Positions 51,837 to 64,000 of a stretch of 64,000 bases of DNA are shown one piece after another (positions within the stretch are counted from its first letter, which is position 1; each line of letters begins with the position of its first letter). A program made the translations under genes and the position numbers. This DNA is from Utricularia gibba (Eukaryota > Plantae > Magnoliophyta), in NCBI GenBank assembly GCA_002189035.1, contig NEEC01000019.1:1-64000 (forward strand), in the 5' to 3' direction. The notes beneath the pieces are model-generated. The model made no database searches, was not told the DNA's origin, and was given only the letters and a program-made list of their open reading frames with translations.

Positions 51837-52860
51837 GGGCTCATTTGGTATGATGTATAGTATTAGAGTGCTTTTAAAAACTAAGGAAAATAAAACCTTC
51901 AAATGGTTGGGTTTGATTAGTTTGGTATGATAGTTTATTTTATAAAGGATAACCAAATGTGTGTTTGGTTGGTTATATTAAAATATTAGTTTTAATGATA
52001 TTTTACTATTATACTTTTATTAATTGACATAATTACTTTCTTCCAAATCCCATCATAAAGCTTCTATTCCTAGCGAGAAAATTGCTATTCCCTCTACCCA
52101 AACTAGTGCCATTGAAATTCTCCCAAAACACTATTCAAGTTGAATTTTGTAGCAATAAAATTGCTCGAGTTCTTTACGATTCAAGTCCCAACGCTCCTAG
52201 TGAGTTATTGCTTGTGATTTCATTTCAATGTTATGTGGGTAATTAAAGCATGAAATGTTTTTTTTATTTTCTAACCATATTCTTTATTTTAATGGGCTTT
52301 TGTTATAGGATGGATGAGTTTTTAGAATTTGTGATGTTCTTTGTTCTCCAACAAACTATTTTTTCACGGTTCATTTGGTTGTGCTTATTACTTGCTCTTT
52401 TGCTAGAGCAAGATGAACAAAATCAGAAACGTAAAAAACGAAAGTACTCCATGATTGGTAAAATGAATATGCAATCTTGACATCTTCAATATCTTATTGG
52501 TTATAGTGATTTTGCTTGTTTGGATAATTTGCAAATGATTAGAAATGACTTCGGTAGATTGTGTAGTTTGTTAGGAAATGCTGGTGATTTAATGAATTCA
52601 AAGCATGTCTCTATAGCTAATAAAGTATCTATTTTTTTTTTTGGGTTTTGTTAGATTCATTTTTTTATTTTAATGTTCAACCCTTCCATATCCCATTTTC
52701 TGGTTATCACATAAAACAAATGCATTCACTAGGAGGAAGACAGCTTTTAGTGCCACGGTTCGTGATTTAAATGGTTTCCACAATTTTGGTTTTTCTATTT
52801 CGTGCGCTGATCAAAAGTAGCCTCATTAATGCCTTTTTACATCAGAGTGTTTGATGTCAT
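51837..52860 (+). mobile_element. PIF/Harbinger element left end and transposase N-terminal remnant
   Basis: TAA followed by TIR-like GGGCTCATTTGG at 51837; about 52480-52640 LQYLIGYSDFACLDNLQMIRNDFGRLCSLL...SKHVSIANKVSIFF matches the PIF transposase N-terminus. Confidence 0.75.
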
Positions 52861-53092
52861 TAACCAAGTACTCTATGAGTTTACTTGCTTTTCATACGGA
52901 ACACCTCTCTAATGTAATACACTTCCATGAAATTCAACACTTGAAAACTAAAAGCCTGCATTTTATAAACATGCAAATTAGCTACCTTTAAACATCTTGG
53001 AAGAGCTAGGGGAGAGTTTTAGTAGAACCCTTTGAAATGATCAATGGAGAAAAAATGATCATCTTTAAATTGTTATCTTAAAAAGTTATATA

Positions 53093-54760
53093 GTATAATT
53101 TTTACATTCTAATATCTTTTATCATTTATAATTATATTTTATATTTCTATAATATAATTTTTACATTCTGATATCTTTTATTATTTGTAATTATATTTTA
53201 TACTTCTATAATATAGTTTTTATATTCTAATATCTTTTATCATTTGTAATTATATTTTAATACTTCTATAATATAATTTTTGCATTCTAATATTTTTTAT
53301 CATTTGTAATTATATTTTATACTTCTATAATATAATTTTTACATTCTAATATCTTTTATCATTTATAATTATATTTTATACTTCTATAATAGAGTTTTTC
53401 ACATTCTAATATCTTTTATCATTTATAATTATAGTTTATACTTCATTGTTATAGTTTTTACATTCTGATATCTGATAAGTGATTTTGTGTCGTTCCAAAA
53501 CATGCTCTGCCATTACTCTTGAGAGTTATTTTTACTTATCTTAGACTTCACTTTCTCATTATTTTCAATTGATTTTATATCTTTCACACTACTTTTATTT
53601 TTTTGGAGAGAAAGTGTATTTTATGGATTTTTAGGGTACTTTTGGATCAATTTGAGGAGAAATCAAGACCCACCAAATTATGGACTTGATGGGCCACAAA
53701 TCTCAGCCAAAGACTTGGTCAAACGATGAAGATTTAGTCCAAAATCATGAATAAGATAGAGATATGAAGATCTTCTAAGATTTGGATAAAAGATTTCGAT
53801 AAAAGATCTTATCCAAGCCCATCGAATAAGCTCAATACGAATACTTGGATCTACTCTCCTATAAATACCCCACCCTCTCAACTATTAGAGACGTCCTTTA
53901 ACCACTTTTCCTTTGTATTTTCCTATTTCGTGTCTATTTTCATGTTAAAGTTAAGTCTGCGCATGTAGGCACTTGCGGCTGAGGATCTACGGTGAAGCTT
54001 TACTTGCGCAAGTCCTGCGCGTGTGACTATTTTACTATGTTTTTCGACATTTAAATTGAGGTTTGATTCTGTTTTTCGTAACGTTTTCTTTACCAACGTG
54101 CTCTTTAGTATCACATAACCCGAAGGGAGTGTGAGAGAATCAAAGGTTAGCCTCAAGCATCTAAGGAGAAGGCTTCAATTGGACATCGTTGGTAAGGCAC
54201 ATTCTGTCTAATCTATCTACGAGGTGCGAGGTGTAAGGGTTAGATTTGGATATGGGGAAAACATAGGTTATCACAAGAGGTGAAATGGCTCTAATGGCGT
54301 GGTTGATTCCATAATCCCACAAAATAAGGAATGGTGCTATAACGGTTATCGAGTAACACTACTTTAGAATAACACTCCCAGAGCTTGCGCAAGCAGGTCA
54401 GTTTTCAAGGTTTACACACAAGTTTGGGCGAGTTTTAAGCAAGGTGGATCTTAGATACAATGTCACTTTTCTTGTTGTTTTTAAATCCAAATCTTTCTTT
54501 TGTTTTCAGTCTTTTTGAGTGTTTCTTTGAAAAGAAAATTCCAATAACGATTCCCTGTGGATACGATCTTATTTTATTACTTCGATGGTTTATGTGTGCA
54601 CTTGCAGATTCACCATCAATATCTTTTATCATTTGTAATTATATTTTATATTTCTATAATACAATTTTTACATTCTAATATCTTTTATCATTTGTAATTA
54701 TATTTTATACTTCTAGAATATAGTCTTTACATTCTAATATCTTTTATCATTTGTAATCAT
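53093..54760. repeat. 59-bp AT-rich tandem array (about 6.5 + 2.5 copies) split by a solo LTR
   Basis: Unit atataatttttacattctaatatcttttatcatttgtaattatattttatacttctata at 53093-53472 and 54619-54760. Confidence 0.92.
53473..54618 (+). mobile_element. Solo LTR, TSD ATATC
   Basis: TGATAAGTG...CACCATCA; ATATC at 53468-53472 and 54619-54623. Confidence 0.9.
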
Positions 54761-54770
54761 ATTTATTTTT

Positions 54771-55430
54771 TGTTACTAAAAAATGCATATAATATAATTT
54801 TTATCACAAAAAAGCATGGAACAATTATGCCAAGTAGCAACCCCAATTTTGCCTTCCTACACAAAGCGATGGTGGTGGATGCCCCAAGATGCTACCTTGT
54901 AGTTGTGTTTCTATCGAGTAGTGGTAACTTAGGCTTTAGTGAGGCCCACTTCATGTACAAGATAAATAGGTTGAACATTTGTATGTAGAGACAGTTTTTG
55001 GTAATTAATTTGGCTTGTTCACGTCTTACACGATAGGGAACAAAAAGAAGACTGCATTCAGGCCTCTGACCGCAGAAAATTACATGTGCAATTGACCGGT
55101 GACACAAGCTCAAGGGGCAGCATCGTATGAGGCTCGTAACAATTTGGTATCAGAGCCAGTGACCCTGTTGGACCCAAAACCCATTCCTATGTAAGAAATG
55201 CTAAAAATGTTAGCTGAATCTATAGCATATTTGCAGCATAGTGTTCAACACGTCTCCTGGAGCATGGAACACCTGGATCCATCAGGTCCCTTGACACTAC
55301 TGGGAGAACAACCTCAAGTTAGTTCTTTCCCAGATCCATGCTCAGCGGAGGAGCATGCGATTGACAGCCATGCCAATGTTTCTCAAAAAGTACTTAAAAC
55401 ATGGATGTGCCTAAATTCGATGGAACTTGA
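54771..55430 (+). mobile_element. Chromovirus-like 5' end: 371-bp LTR, Met PBS and gag start
   Basis: TGTTAC...GTAACA termini (54771-55141); tggtatcagagcc at 55145-55157; MDVPKFDGT at about 55402-55428. Confidence 0.75.
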
Positions 55431-55439
55431 GATTCGGTA

Positions 55440-58400
55440 CATCAAGTGCATTGAACTAGTGCCGAAAAGTGTGAAGTACCTTAAGTAGCTCTATCTGTCA
55501 AAGCCAAAACTGAATGAAAAAGGTAAGGTGAAGTTGAGTGAAAATTGCTCATCCCTTTTGACTTGGAAGCTACCTGAAAAACGCAAAGACCCTGGAATCT
55601 TTTTATTCCTTGAAAAATTGATGACTTGAACATCAGGAGATCAATGACTCACCTGGGAGCCTCCATAAACATGTTGTCATTTTCTGTGCATGAGACTCTT
55701 AGGTTAGGAACTCTACAAGCCTCAAGAGTGCAAATTGAGCTTGTTGATCGAAGAGTAATTTCTCCTAAAGGCTTGGTTGAAGACGTCCTGGTGAAGATTG
55801 AAAAATTGGTGTTTCCAACAGACTTCTATGTGGTGAATATGCCTCCTAGAAATTCAAAGGATACAACCATCATCCTTGGAAGGCCATTTTTGAGCATTTC
55901 CAATGCAATAATTAATGTGAAGATGGGCACAATTGAATTATCCTTTGATGAAGAAAAGATTACGGTGGACATGAAGGAAGAGAACAATTATACCAGTGAT
56001 TTTGAGAGTGTATGCTCAATGGATGTGATGGATGAATTGGTTGACGAGCATTTTTAGAAGGCTATACAAGAGAAGGAAGAAGAGAATGAAGAATCACTTT
56101 TTGGTAGGGTGGAAGCTGAAAAAAGGTCAGAACAAGTGAATGCTATGCAGATCAAGACCCTGGAAGAGAGGACATCTGAGTTGAAGCCACTGCTCACACA
56201 CCTAAAGTGCACATTCTTGAATGAAGAAATGAACACTTCTGTTATCATCTCTAATAGTCTTAGCTTAGACCAAGAGTTGCAATTGCTCGAGGTGCTGATC
56301 AGAAACAAGAAAGCGATTGACTGGACCCTTACAAATATTGAAGGCATCTCTCCTTGTGTATGTATGCATAAGATTCTATTAGAAGATGGAGCCAAACTTG
56401 AATGCCAGCCATAAAGACGCCTCAACCCAAACATGATGGAAGTTGTAAAAAAAGAAATTTTCAAGCTTCATAATGTACACATTATCTATTCATTCCATCA
56501 CAGAAAACGACTGGGTGAGTCCAATCCATGTGATGCCCAAGCAGACTAGTATGATAGTGGTGGAGAATGATAAGGGAGATCTGGTACTACAAAGAATCCA
56601 AAATAGGTGGCGCATGTGCATAGACTATAGGAAATCAAATGAAGTGATTAAAAAGAATCATTACCCTTTACCTTTCATTGATCAAATGCTTAGAAAATTA
56701 ACAGGAAAATCTTTTTATTTCTTTTTAGATGGTTATTCTAGATATAACCAAGTTGCAATTTCAGGTAAAGATCAAGACAAAACAACTTTTACCTGCCTAT
56801 TTGGGACTTAGGCCTATAAAAGGATGCCCTTTGGATTGTGCAATGCCCTTGCTACCTTCCATAGGTGCATGACCAGTATCTTCTTAAATTTTGGTGAGGA
56901 TTTTATTGAATTTTTTATGGACGATTTCACAGTGTATGGAAATGATTATAAGTCATATTTAGGTCATTTTGATCAAGTATTGCGAAAATCTGTTAAAAAA
57001 AATCTTGTTCTTAATTTTGAAAAATGCCATTTTATGGTTGATCATGGAATTGTGCTTGGTCATGTTATTTCTAGGAAAGATATTGAGGTAGACAAAAAAA
57101 AATTAAAATTATGACTGAATTACCGTAACTCATTGATGTGAAGGGTATGAGATCATTTTTGGGGCATGTTGGTTTTTACATAAGATTTATTCAGAATTTT
57201 TCTAAGATTCCCTTACCTCTTAGTAGGCTTTTGCACAATGATGTGGAATTTATTTTTGATGATTGATGCATGTCGTTTCCACAACAAATTTTAATACTTT
57301 TAAAACTCGTAAAACACAAAAGCATAGTACGGGTGTCGGACACAGGGAATTGTTTTTAAGTGAAATGTGAGGTACCCCGAATACAACTGTCACGATTTGT
57401 AAACAGTTTTGAAGGTAAAAGGTGCGAGAAACGTTGATGATGAAGCTTGAGTAAGGGAATGAGAGGGGTTTTGAGAAAACAACTAAAATGAACGTAAGCG
57501 ATGAACCTTAAATAAAGTAAATGTTCTTGGGTTTGGAATCCTGTCCAGCTATGTTCGTTGCGTCTTCACTCTTCTCTGGTCCTCTCGAGTACTCGGTTAT
57601 AGGAGTAAGGAATTGCCTACCCTCCCTTACACTCTCTTGCAAGAAGGCACGGGAATAGCCCGAAGTTGTTCCTCCTTGGACAAACGTGAGAATAAGAGGT
57701 CCTGCCAGCGTACCCTCACAGCCGAATTGCGCACGTGTGCCCGAGTGTTACCAATGACCCAATGAGTCCAGATACGAGTTGGTGCTTTCCACCTTGCTCC
57801 TATCCATTGATCCTGAAGTACGGCCACAGACAAAACGTTGTCTTCCTCCTGCCAAAAGGGCTCGAGTTGGTACTTTCCACCTTGCTCCTCTCCAAAATCC
57901 GCGGGTAGTGATCAGCTAACCATGAACCTTGAACAAGGGGACTGTTACAGAAAGACTGCAACATAGTCACGCCAAGACATACGAAACCCATTCGGATTCA
58001 GAGAAAATATGAAGATAAGCTAACGATACATAGATCTAGGGGTGTTTCAACCCAGAAATGGAAGCTTCTAGTCGCGAACGGTCATACAAACTAAAGGAAA
58101 CGCAAACAAGGTTCTAGAGAGAAGTTAGAGGAAAAATCCTCTAGAGAGAGAAACAAAAGGGAAAACTAAACTGAAGAAAAAATTAAACTTGTCTGAACAG
58201 AACTGAACTTCATTGAGAGTCTGAGCTTTCGTGTCCCTATGATTCTACTGAACTTGGGATGACTTGCAAGCAACGTCTGACACTGGTACGCTAATGATGC
58301 TGCCTGTCAGAGACTCTCGTGTTCCGCACGTCAAGGCTCATGATTAGGCGTCTGTAGTCTTCCGGAAATCAAGGGAATGTCACCTCGGGAAGATCCAATT

Positions 58401-60000
58401 TGTCGCCATCTGATGCCCTCTTTCTCTCACTTCCTACCACGTGTGCGCCTGTAGAAAAACTCAATTAAAACTAGTAAAATTAATAGATAAAATACAAGAT
58501 TTAGGATAATTACCCTAAACTAGATAAAAACCCAAATCTCACATTATAGACTCCTAATTAGACACTTCTAATCACATTTAAACATAAAAACAACCTAAGA
58601 AATAATAAGAAAATGACACTTAACAATGATTCATACAAAAATGCTTTTAATTGCTTGAAAAAAGCTACGACCATTGCTCCTGTGATGCAACCACCAGACC
58701 AAACATATGATTTTGAAATTATGGGTGATGCTAGTAGTCATGCTGTACGAGCAATTTTAGGACAGAAAAGTGAAGGGAGACATCATGTGATTTCTTATGC
58801 CTCTAAAACTTTGGATGAAGCCCAAAAAAATTATACTATCACCGAGAGGGAATTTTTGGCTGTGATATTTGCTTTGGAAAAATTTCATTCCTATATTTTA
58901 GGCAAAGTGGTGGTCTACACAGACCATTTTGCAGTAAAACACTTGATGGAGAAGAAGGAGACGAAACCACAGTTGATCAAATGGATTCTCCTTGTTGAGG
59001 AGTTTGATATTGAAATTAAAGAAAACCCTAGAAGGGAGAATATGGTCACGGACCATTTCAGCATGATGTAAGGGATAAAGAATGACAGTTCTATCACTGA
59101 AACATTTCCGAATGAACAATTATTCCTCATGGTTTGAAAAATGATTGTTCTATCTTAGATAAAGAAGCTATTGATTACATCTCAAAGTGGATTGAAGCCA
59201 TTCCTAAAAGGATAGATGATACAAAGACAATGATTAATTTTCTGCATAACAACATTTTTGTGCGGTACGGGACTCCTAAGGCACTAATAAGTGATAGCGG
59301 AACACACTTTTATAATCAGGCCTTGAGGAGCATTTTGAAGCAGTTCAATGTTTGGTACAAGCCATCAACAGCATACCATCTACAAACAAATGGCCAAACG
59401 AAAGTTTCAAATAGGGAGATTAAATAGATTCTCAAAAAGGTAGTCAACCCGAATAGGAAGGATTGGAGCATGAGATTGAGAGATGCTTCGTGGGCGATAA
59501 AGACAGCATACAAGACACCAATTGGGACCTCTCCATTCAGGTTAGTCTATGGAAAACCTTGCAGGTTACCAGTTACGTTAGAGCACATGGCCTGGTGGGC
59601 AGCGAAGAGGCTAAATCTCGATGATAGCCTCAGTGCAAGCCAAAGAAAATTACAGCTCTCAGAACTGGAAGAGCTAAGAAATGATGCCTACAAGTGCTCG
59701 AGCATTTGTCATGACAAGCATATTTCCAGAAAATTCTTAGAAGTTGGTCAAAAAGTTTTGCTATTTCAATCAAGACTGAAGTTGCATCCAGGGAAACTTA
59801 AATCTCGTTGGATTGGACCGTTTCAAGTGAAAGAAGTTTTCCCAAACGGAACTGTGGAGATTTAGGATGGAGAAATTAATGCAAGTTTTATTATGAATGG
59901 ACATAGATTGAAGATTTTTTATGAAAATCTTCAAAACAGGGTGGCTAGGAAAGTTGAAGTTCTTGTCCTAAGGGACACTAACAATGTAGAACTTACTGGA
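55440..60000 (+). pseudogene. Athila-type pol (protease, RT, RNase H, integrase), degenerate, interrupted by a solo LTR
   Basis: KLPEKRKDPG; LGASIN..., GLVEDVLVK, ILGRPFL; WVSPIHV...WRMCIDYR; FMDDFTVYG; MGDASSHAV...YTITEREFLAV; YHLQTNGQ...[16 protein letters not shown]. Confidence 0.92.
57264..58625 (-). mobile_element. Solo LTR, TSD ATGAT
   Basis: Minus-strand TGTTAAGTG...GCATCA; ATGAT at 57259-57263 and 58626-58630; removing it restores FDDSYKNAFNCLK. Confidence 0.9.
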
Positions 60001-60336
60001 ACTTGTCCTAAGGACTGGAAACAGGGACGCTCTGGGGAGGCAACCCAAGTTTAATTTTTGTTAATTTTTATGTTTTATTTTCATGTCATTTTATTTCGCA
60101 CTTTTAGACTAAGGTGAGAGTTATTTTGTGGTTTTGTTTGTGTTCCTGTTACAAATTGGGGTGTTATATTGCGGTTACAGACAAGGAATGTACAAGGGTC
60201 GCAATTAATTGTCAGGATTTTATGAAATTGCCCTTAAACCCTCACTGAATTTGGGGGTAAATTCGTTTGTAACGTTCATTTGGTTTCAAAATTTTTCAGT
60301 GTGTTCTTGAGAATTACATAAAGAGTAGCTAGCAAG

Positions 60337-62484
60337 ATGCCGGCAAAACACCAACACCAGAGCATTACTACTTCAAAACCCAGCAAGAAGGTCACTACTG
60401 AGAGCAGTAAGTGGAAGAAAATTGAGGAGGAAACCAAAATTGCTCCTACTCATGAACAAAACAAGGTTATGAAAGCTGGAGAATAACAGTTTCAAGGAGT
60501 TGACACCCTTTTGCATGCTGCACATTTGGGCGGAGTTCTCTCTCAAGAAACAGAAGAACAACCTATGATAGAGAGGAGGAGTGATGACACACATTTTTCC
60601 TGAAATTCATAATGCAAAATAGTTATATTTTATTATGGTTTAGGTTAGATAAATATGGTTTTTTATGCTTTAGTGGTGTTTATGTTAATCCTATGCAATT
60701 ATGTTGAAAAGTGGACTAAATCCTTTGATTTAGTCCACAACTCTTGTTACTGATGTTTCAGTAAATTCAGCAGGGAGATGAGCCGAAAATCAGACTTGCA
60801 AGCGTGTAAAACAAGCAAAAAAGGGCGCAAAATCCGAAGAAGGACAAAGGGCATTGTTCTACTGCCACCGCAGTCTGCAAGTTCAGGCCAGGAACAGTAC
60901 TGGCGGTCAGGAATAGTACTGGCAATCAAAAACAGTGCAATGGAGTGAAGCAAAAGAAAAAGAAATTAATTCGGAAAAAGGAAGAAGAGCGCGAAGAAGC
61001 GAACAGGAGGGGGGCACAAAGGGATCTTCTTCCCCAACGGGAGAAACACCAACCAGAAGGGGGAAGAAACGCCTCCATCATCAAGAATACCACCGGAACC
61101 CAGTCCAGCGCTACTGTTCCGGGCTGTGAACAGTAGCTAACGGCGGAAGAACAATCTTTATTTACTTTCTAGTTTTCTGAACATTTCGACTTTCTACATT
61201 TTACTTGTTTACAATGTTTCTGCCATTTTGGCCAACTTATATGAATGAAATTGTGTTTTATTTCCAAAGCATGAGTGGCTAGAGTCTTAGGGATGCCTTA
61301 AGGAGAAGTGGGTGGTATGTGCTTAGGTTGATGATGAAATTTCGTTGTCTTCCTTAACTCTTGTTTCTAACAAACCATGGGTAGACCTAAGGAGGGGAGC
61401 AAGTAGTTTCACAACTTAGATGCTTGGTTCAGAGGTAGACCAACAAACCAAGACAGGATCAATCGGTGTTAGTCCAGGGTAGAACCAGTAGAACCGAGTA
61501 AACCTAGTTCTATATGCCTTGCATGCGGGTAGACCTAATTGTAATGTTGGTTATGATATTGGGGACTAGCTTAAGCCAAAAATATGATGAATGACCTGGG
61601 TAGACTTAGGTTATTCGAAGTTGTGAGTGTAGGAAGATAGCAAATTAAGTTAGGAACCTTAGTATGACACCACCCTCAGATCCTTAAGGCGTCCTCGTAT
61701 TAGTCTGAGTCAAAACCAGTACTTGTTACCTTAGCGTCAAGACGTGATATTGCTTACCTACTTTTTTTACTGAACTTGTTTACCAATGTTAGTCCAAGCT
61801 TAGACTAAGACCTACTGTTATCCGAAATTATCCATGTACTAAAACACTTAGCAAGCACAAACTCTTCGTGATCGACCCCGACATCCACTCTACAAGTTTT
61901 CCAAATTTGTATTTTGTGTAGATTAGGGACTATAAATTTATTTGATACGGATTTTCTATTTTTATTTACAACGATATTAGGAAAATTTCCATTTATCAAG
62001 GAGTCCACGACTAAAAGCACCCACTAGCCTTGATCTTCAACAAAAATTAAAGGCATTGCAGAAAAGTTACAAAGGGAAGGAAAAATTGGTTGGTGAGGAT
62101 ACACCTGTTGAGCCACCCAAGATCGTGTATCAGAAAAAGAAGAAGGGGAGGAAGGCTCAAAAGAAGCAGAAGGAGACAACCACATAGATAGGTGGTGTAA
62201 CAACAACAACGAGGATGGAAGAAGAGGTCTTACCTGAAACAGGGATGGCAACAATAGAGGTTGAGGGAACCTTGGAAGATGCAGAAGGAGTGCATGATGA
62301 CATCATAGCAGAATCTGACATACCGGAATGCACTCCAGCAGAAGAGAAGGAGCCATCCACACCTACTACTACGTCAGCAGAATCTGACATACCAGAATCA
62401 GATTTCCCTCGTCTCAATCTCTGTATGAAAAAAATAAGGAAGAGAATGAAAAAAAAAGAGAGGAAAAATAGTCATAACAACTAG
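60337..62484 (+). pseudogene. Athila-type 3' extra ORF remnant (acidic, low complexity), interrupted by a solo LTR
   Basis: Lies between the integrase and the 3' LTR; MPAKHQ... continues after the insert into 62215-62484. Confidence 0.5.
60582..61998 (+). mobile_element. Athila-type solo LTR, TSD AGGAG
   Basis: TGATGACAC...CATTTATCA; AGGAG at 60577-60581 and 61999-62003. Confidence 0.9.
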
Positions 62485-62727
62485 CATTCTTTGGAGGTAA
62501 GCATATGCTATTCTTGCTCATTTAATCTTCGAATGCACCTTTTAGTATGAAACTATCATGGATGCTTGAGTGACCACCTGACTTGCACACTAGTGCACTT
62601 TTAATTCAGACATCTTGGGCTGAATGTTAAGCATCCACATCGTTGTGTATGAAATGCATCAACTATTTGCCTCTTGTTAGTCTTAGTTAGAACTTGATGA
62701 CAAGTCTAGTATCATTATAGCATAATG

Positions 62728-63185
62728 TGATAACACATATTTTTTTGAGTATTTGAGTACACGAAAATGACTCATATTATGCTACAAAACTTAAGTTTTA
62801 TTGTCTATTTCTATGTTTTTGTGAATAGTATCGAAGTTGTGCTTTTTATTCTTAGTTGGGACTAAATTAGATTTAGTCATAACCTTAATTCTAATAGTTT
62901 TTTTCTGAGCAATGTAGCACATGTTGACATCCCAAATCCCAAGGAATCGGATATGAAAAATTTAGTAGCAGAAGATGAGGCAAAAGGCTGAAAAGAAAGA
63001 CACAAAATCCAATGACAGGAAAAATGAGGATTTTGGACACAAAATGAGACAAGATGGAAAGATAAAGGGGATCTCCCTCATTGGAGCACACAACACATTT
63101 TTTTCTGGAGAAGAGATTTGGGGAAGAACAAGGAAGGATGACAGAGGAGAAAAATAGGAATGAAGCTGAAATCTGAAGATTAACC
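62728..63185 (+). mobile_element. Start of an Athila-type 3' LTR
   Basis: gacaagtctag...tgtgataacac context matches 540-577. Confidence 0.65.
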
Positions 63186-64000
63186 TATTGGGTTTCTCGT
63201 AGACATCGTATGTCTCAAAAGCAGCGGAATTTTAAAATTCTGGAATACAGTATACATCAGACGAAGAGATGTTCAAAATACCTTTCAGATGACTGCGTTG
63301 TTCACCAACCGCCAATAGCAGACGGCCTCTATGGTATCCACACGTGGAGCACTCCATCGATAACCTTCTCAAGTCTCTTGAATGCTGGTCGAATTTCTCA
63401 TGTGCTAGTAGAGAAAAACGCCTCCTTGTGGATTAGTCTTAGAGAGCACGAAGACCTTGGAGCAGATCTCAAGATCTAAATCTTTTTTATAGATATTTTT
63501 TGACATATCAAATCATATCTATATGAGATATTTTATTTTGAGTTTAATCAATATTAATCTCAAAATAATTCTCTATTTAATTTATCCACTTTACCAATTA
63601 TATCTCATGTAATTGTGTCATTCTATTTTATATCGATGAGTGACTCCACTATTGTGTGTGACCCTATAGGTTTCCTCAATCAAGGCCGTAATAATGGATT
63701 TATTAATTAATTCTTAATTAATCAAATCCATCATTATCGATCATAAGTGATGTCTAGCAACATATCATGATCCCCAAGATTAAAGAATAATCAGGTGAAC
63801 TGATTGAGCCTTTCCATGACCAGCCACCATGCAATGAACAGCTTTCATCATACTTATATCTCATTCGATACCAGAACATGGGTGTGTGTCTTTCTGATGT
63901 ATTGAACTTATAATTACATTCAAGAACTAACACTCAATGACCTACTCAAACAATTCGAGCGTCATTACCCTGGGCCCAAGACTTACTGTTAGGCTTTGAT
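63186..64000 (-). mobile_element. Angela-like LTR, 3' part (runs off window end)
   Basis: Minus strand ends AAACCCAATA; reverse-complement homologue of about 29760-30600. Confidence 0.85.

Noticed and set aside
53093-54760. CRISPR-like array
   Set aside because: Head-to-tail 59-bp units with no unique spacers, in plant DNA; no cas genes.
60571-60581. Polypurine tract before the LTR at 60582
   Set aside because: The last five bases AGGAG recur after the LTR, so they are a TSD within an interrupted ORF.
1-64000. Organellar insertions, tRNA genes, pararetroviral sequence
   Set aside because: None recognised by eye; the tRNA-complementary motifs are LTR primer-binding sites only.

Overview
Plant nuclear DNA, almost entirely nested and mostly degenerate transposable elements. 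Recognisable groups are Ty3/gypsy (Athila-type, CRM, Tekay-like, and one near-complete Reina-like chromovirus at 23989-28871 with a GCAAG TSD), Ty1/copia (including five Angela/BARE-1-like LTR copies), a Cassandra-like TRIM LTR carrying a 5S-rRNA-derived segment, and remnants of Mutator and PIF/Harbinger DNA transposons. At least five solo LTRs keep readable 5-bp TSDs. A 4.8-kb segment is duplicated (29152-33959 and 45263-50070, offset about 16.1 kb). The second copy ends in intron 1 of the only host gene seen, a clade-D PP2C phosphatase. Its exons 2-4 are intact, exon 1 is not in the window, and a Mutator-derived ATG reads in frame through the intron remnant into exon 2. All alignments and mismatch counts were made by eye. 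TE clade names come from recalled motif similarity, not database searches, and boundaries without a TSD or PBS are approximate.
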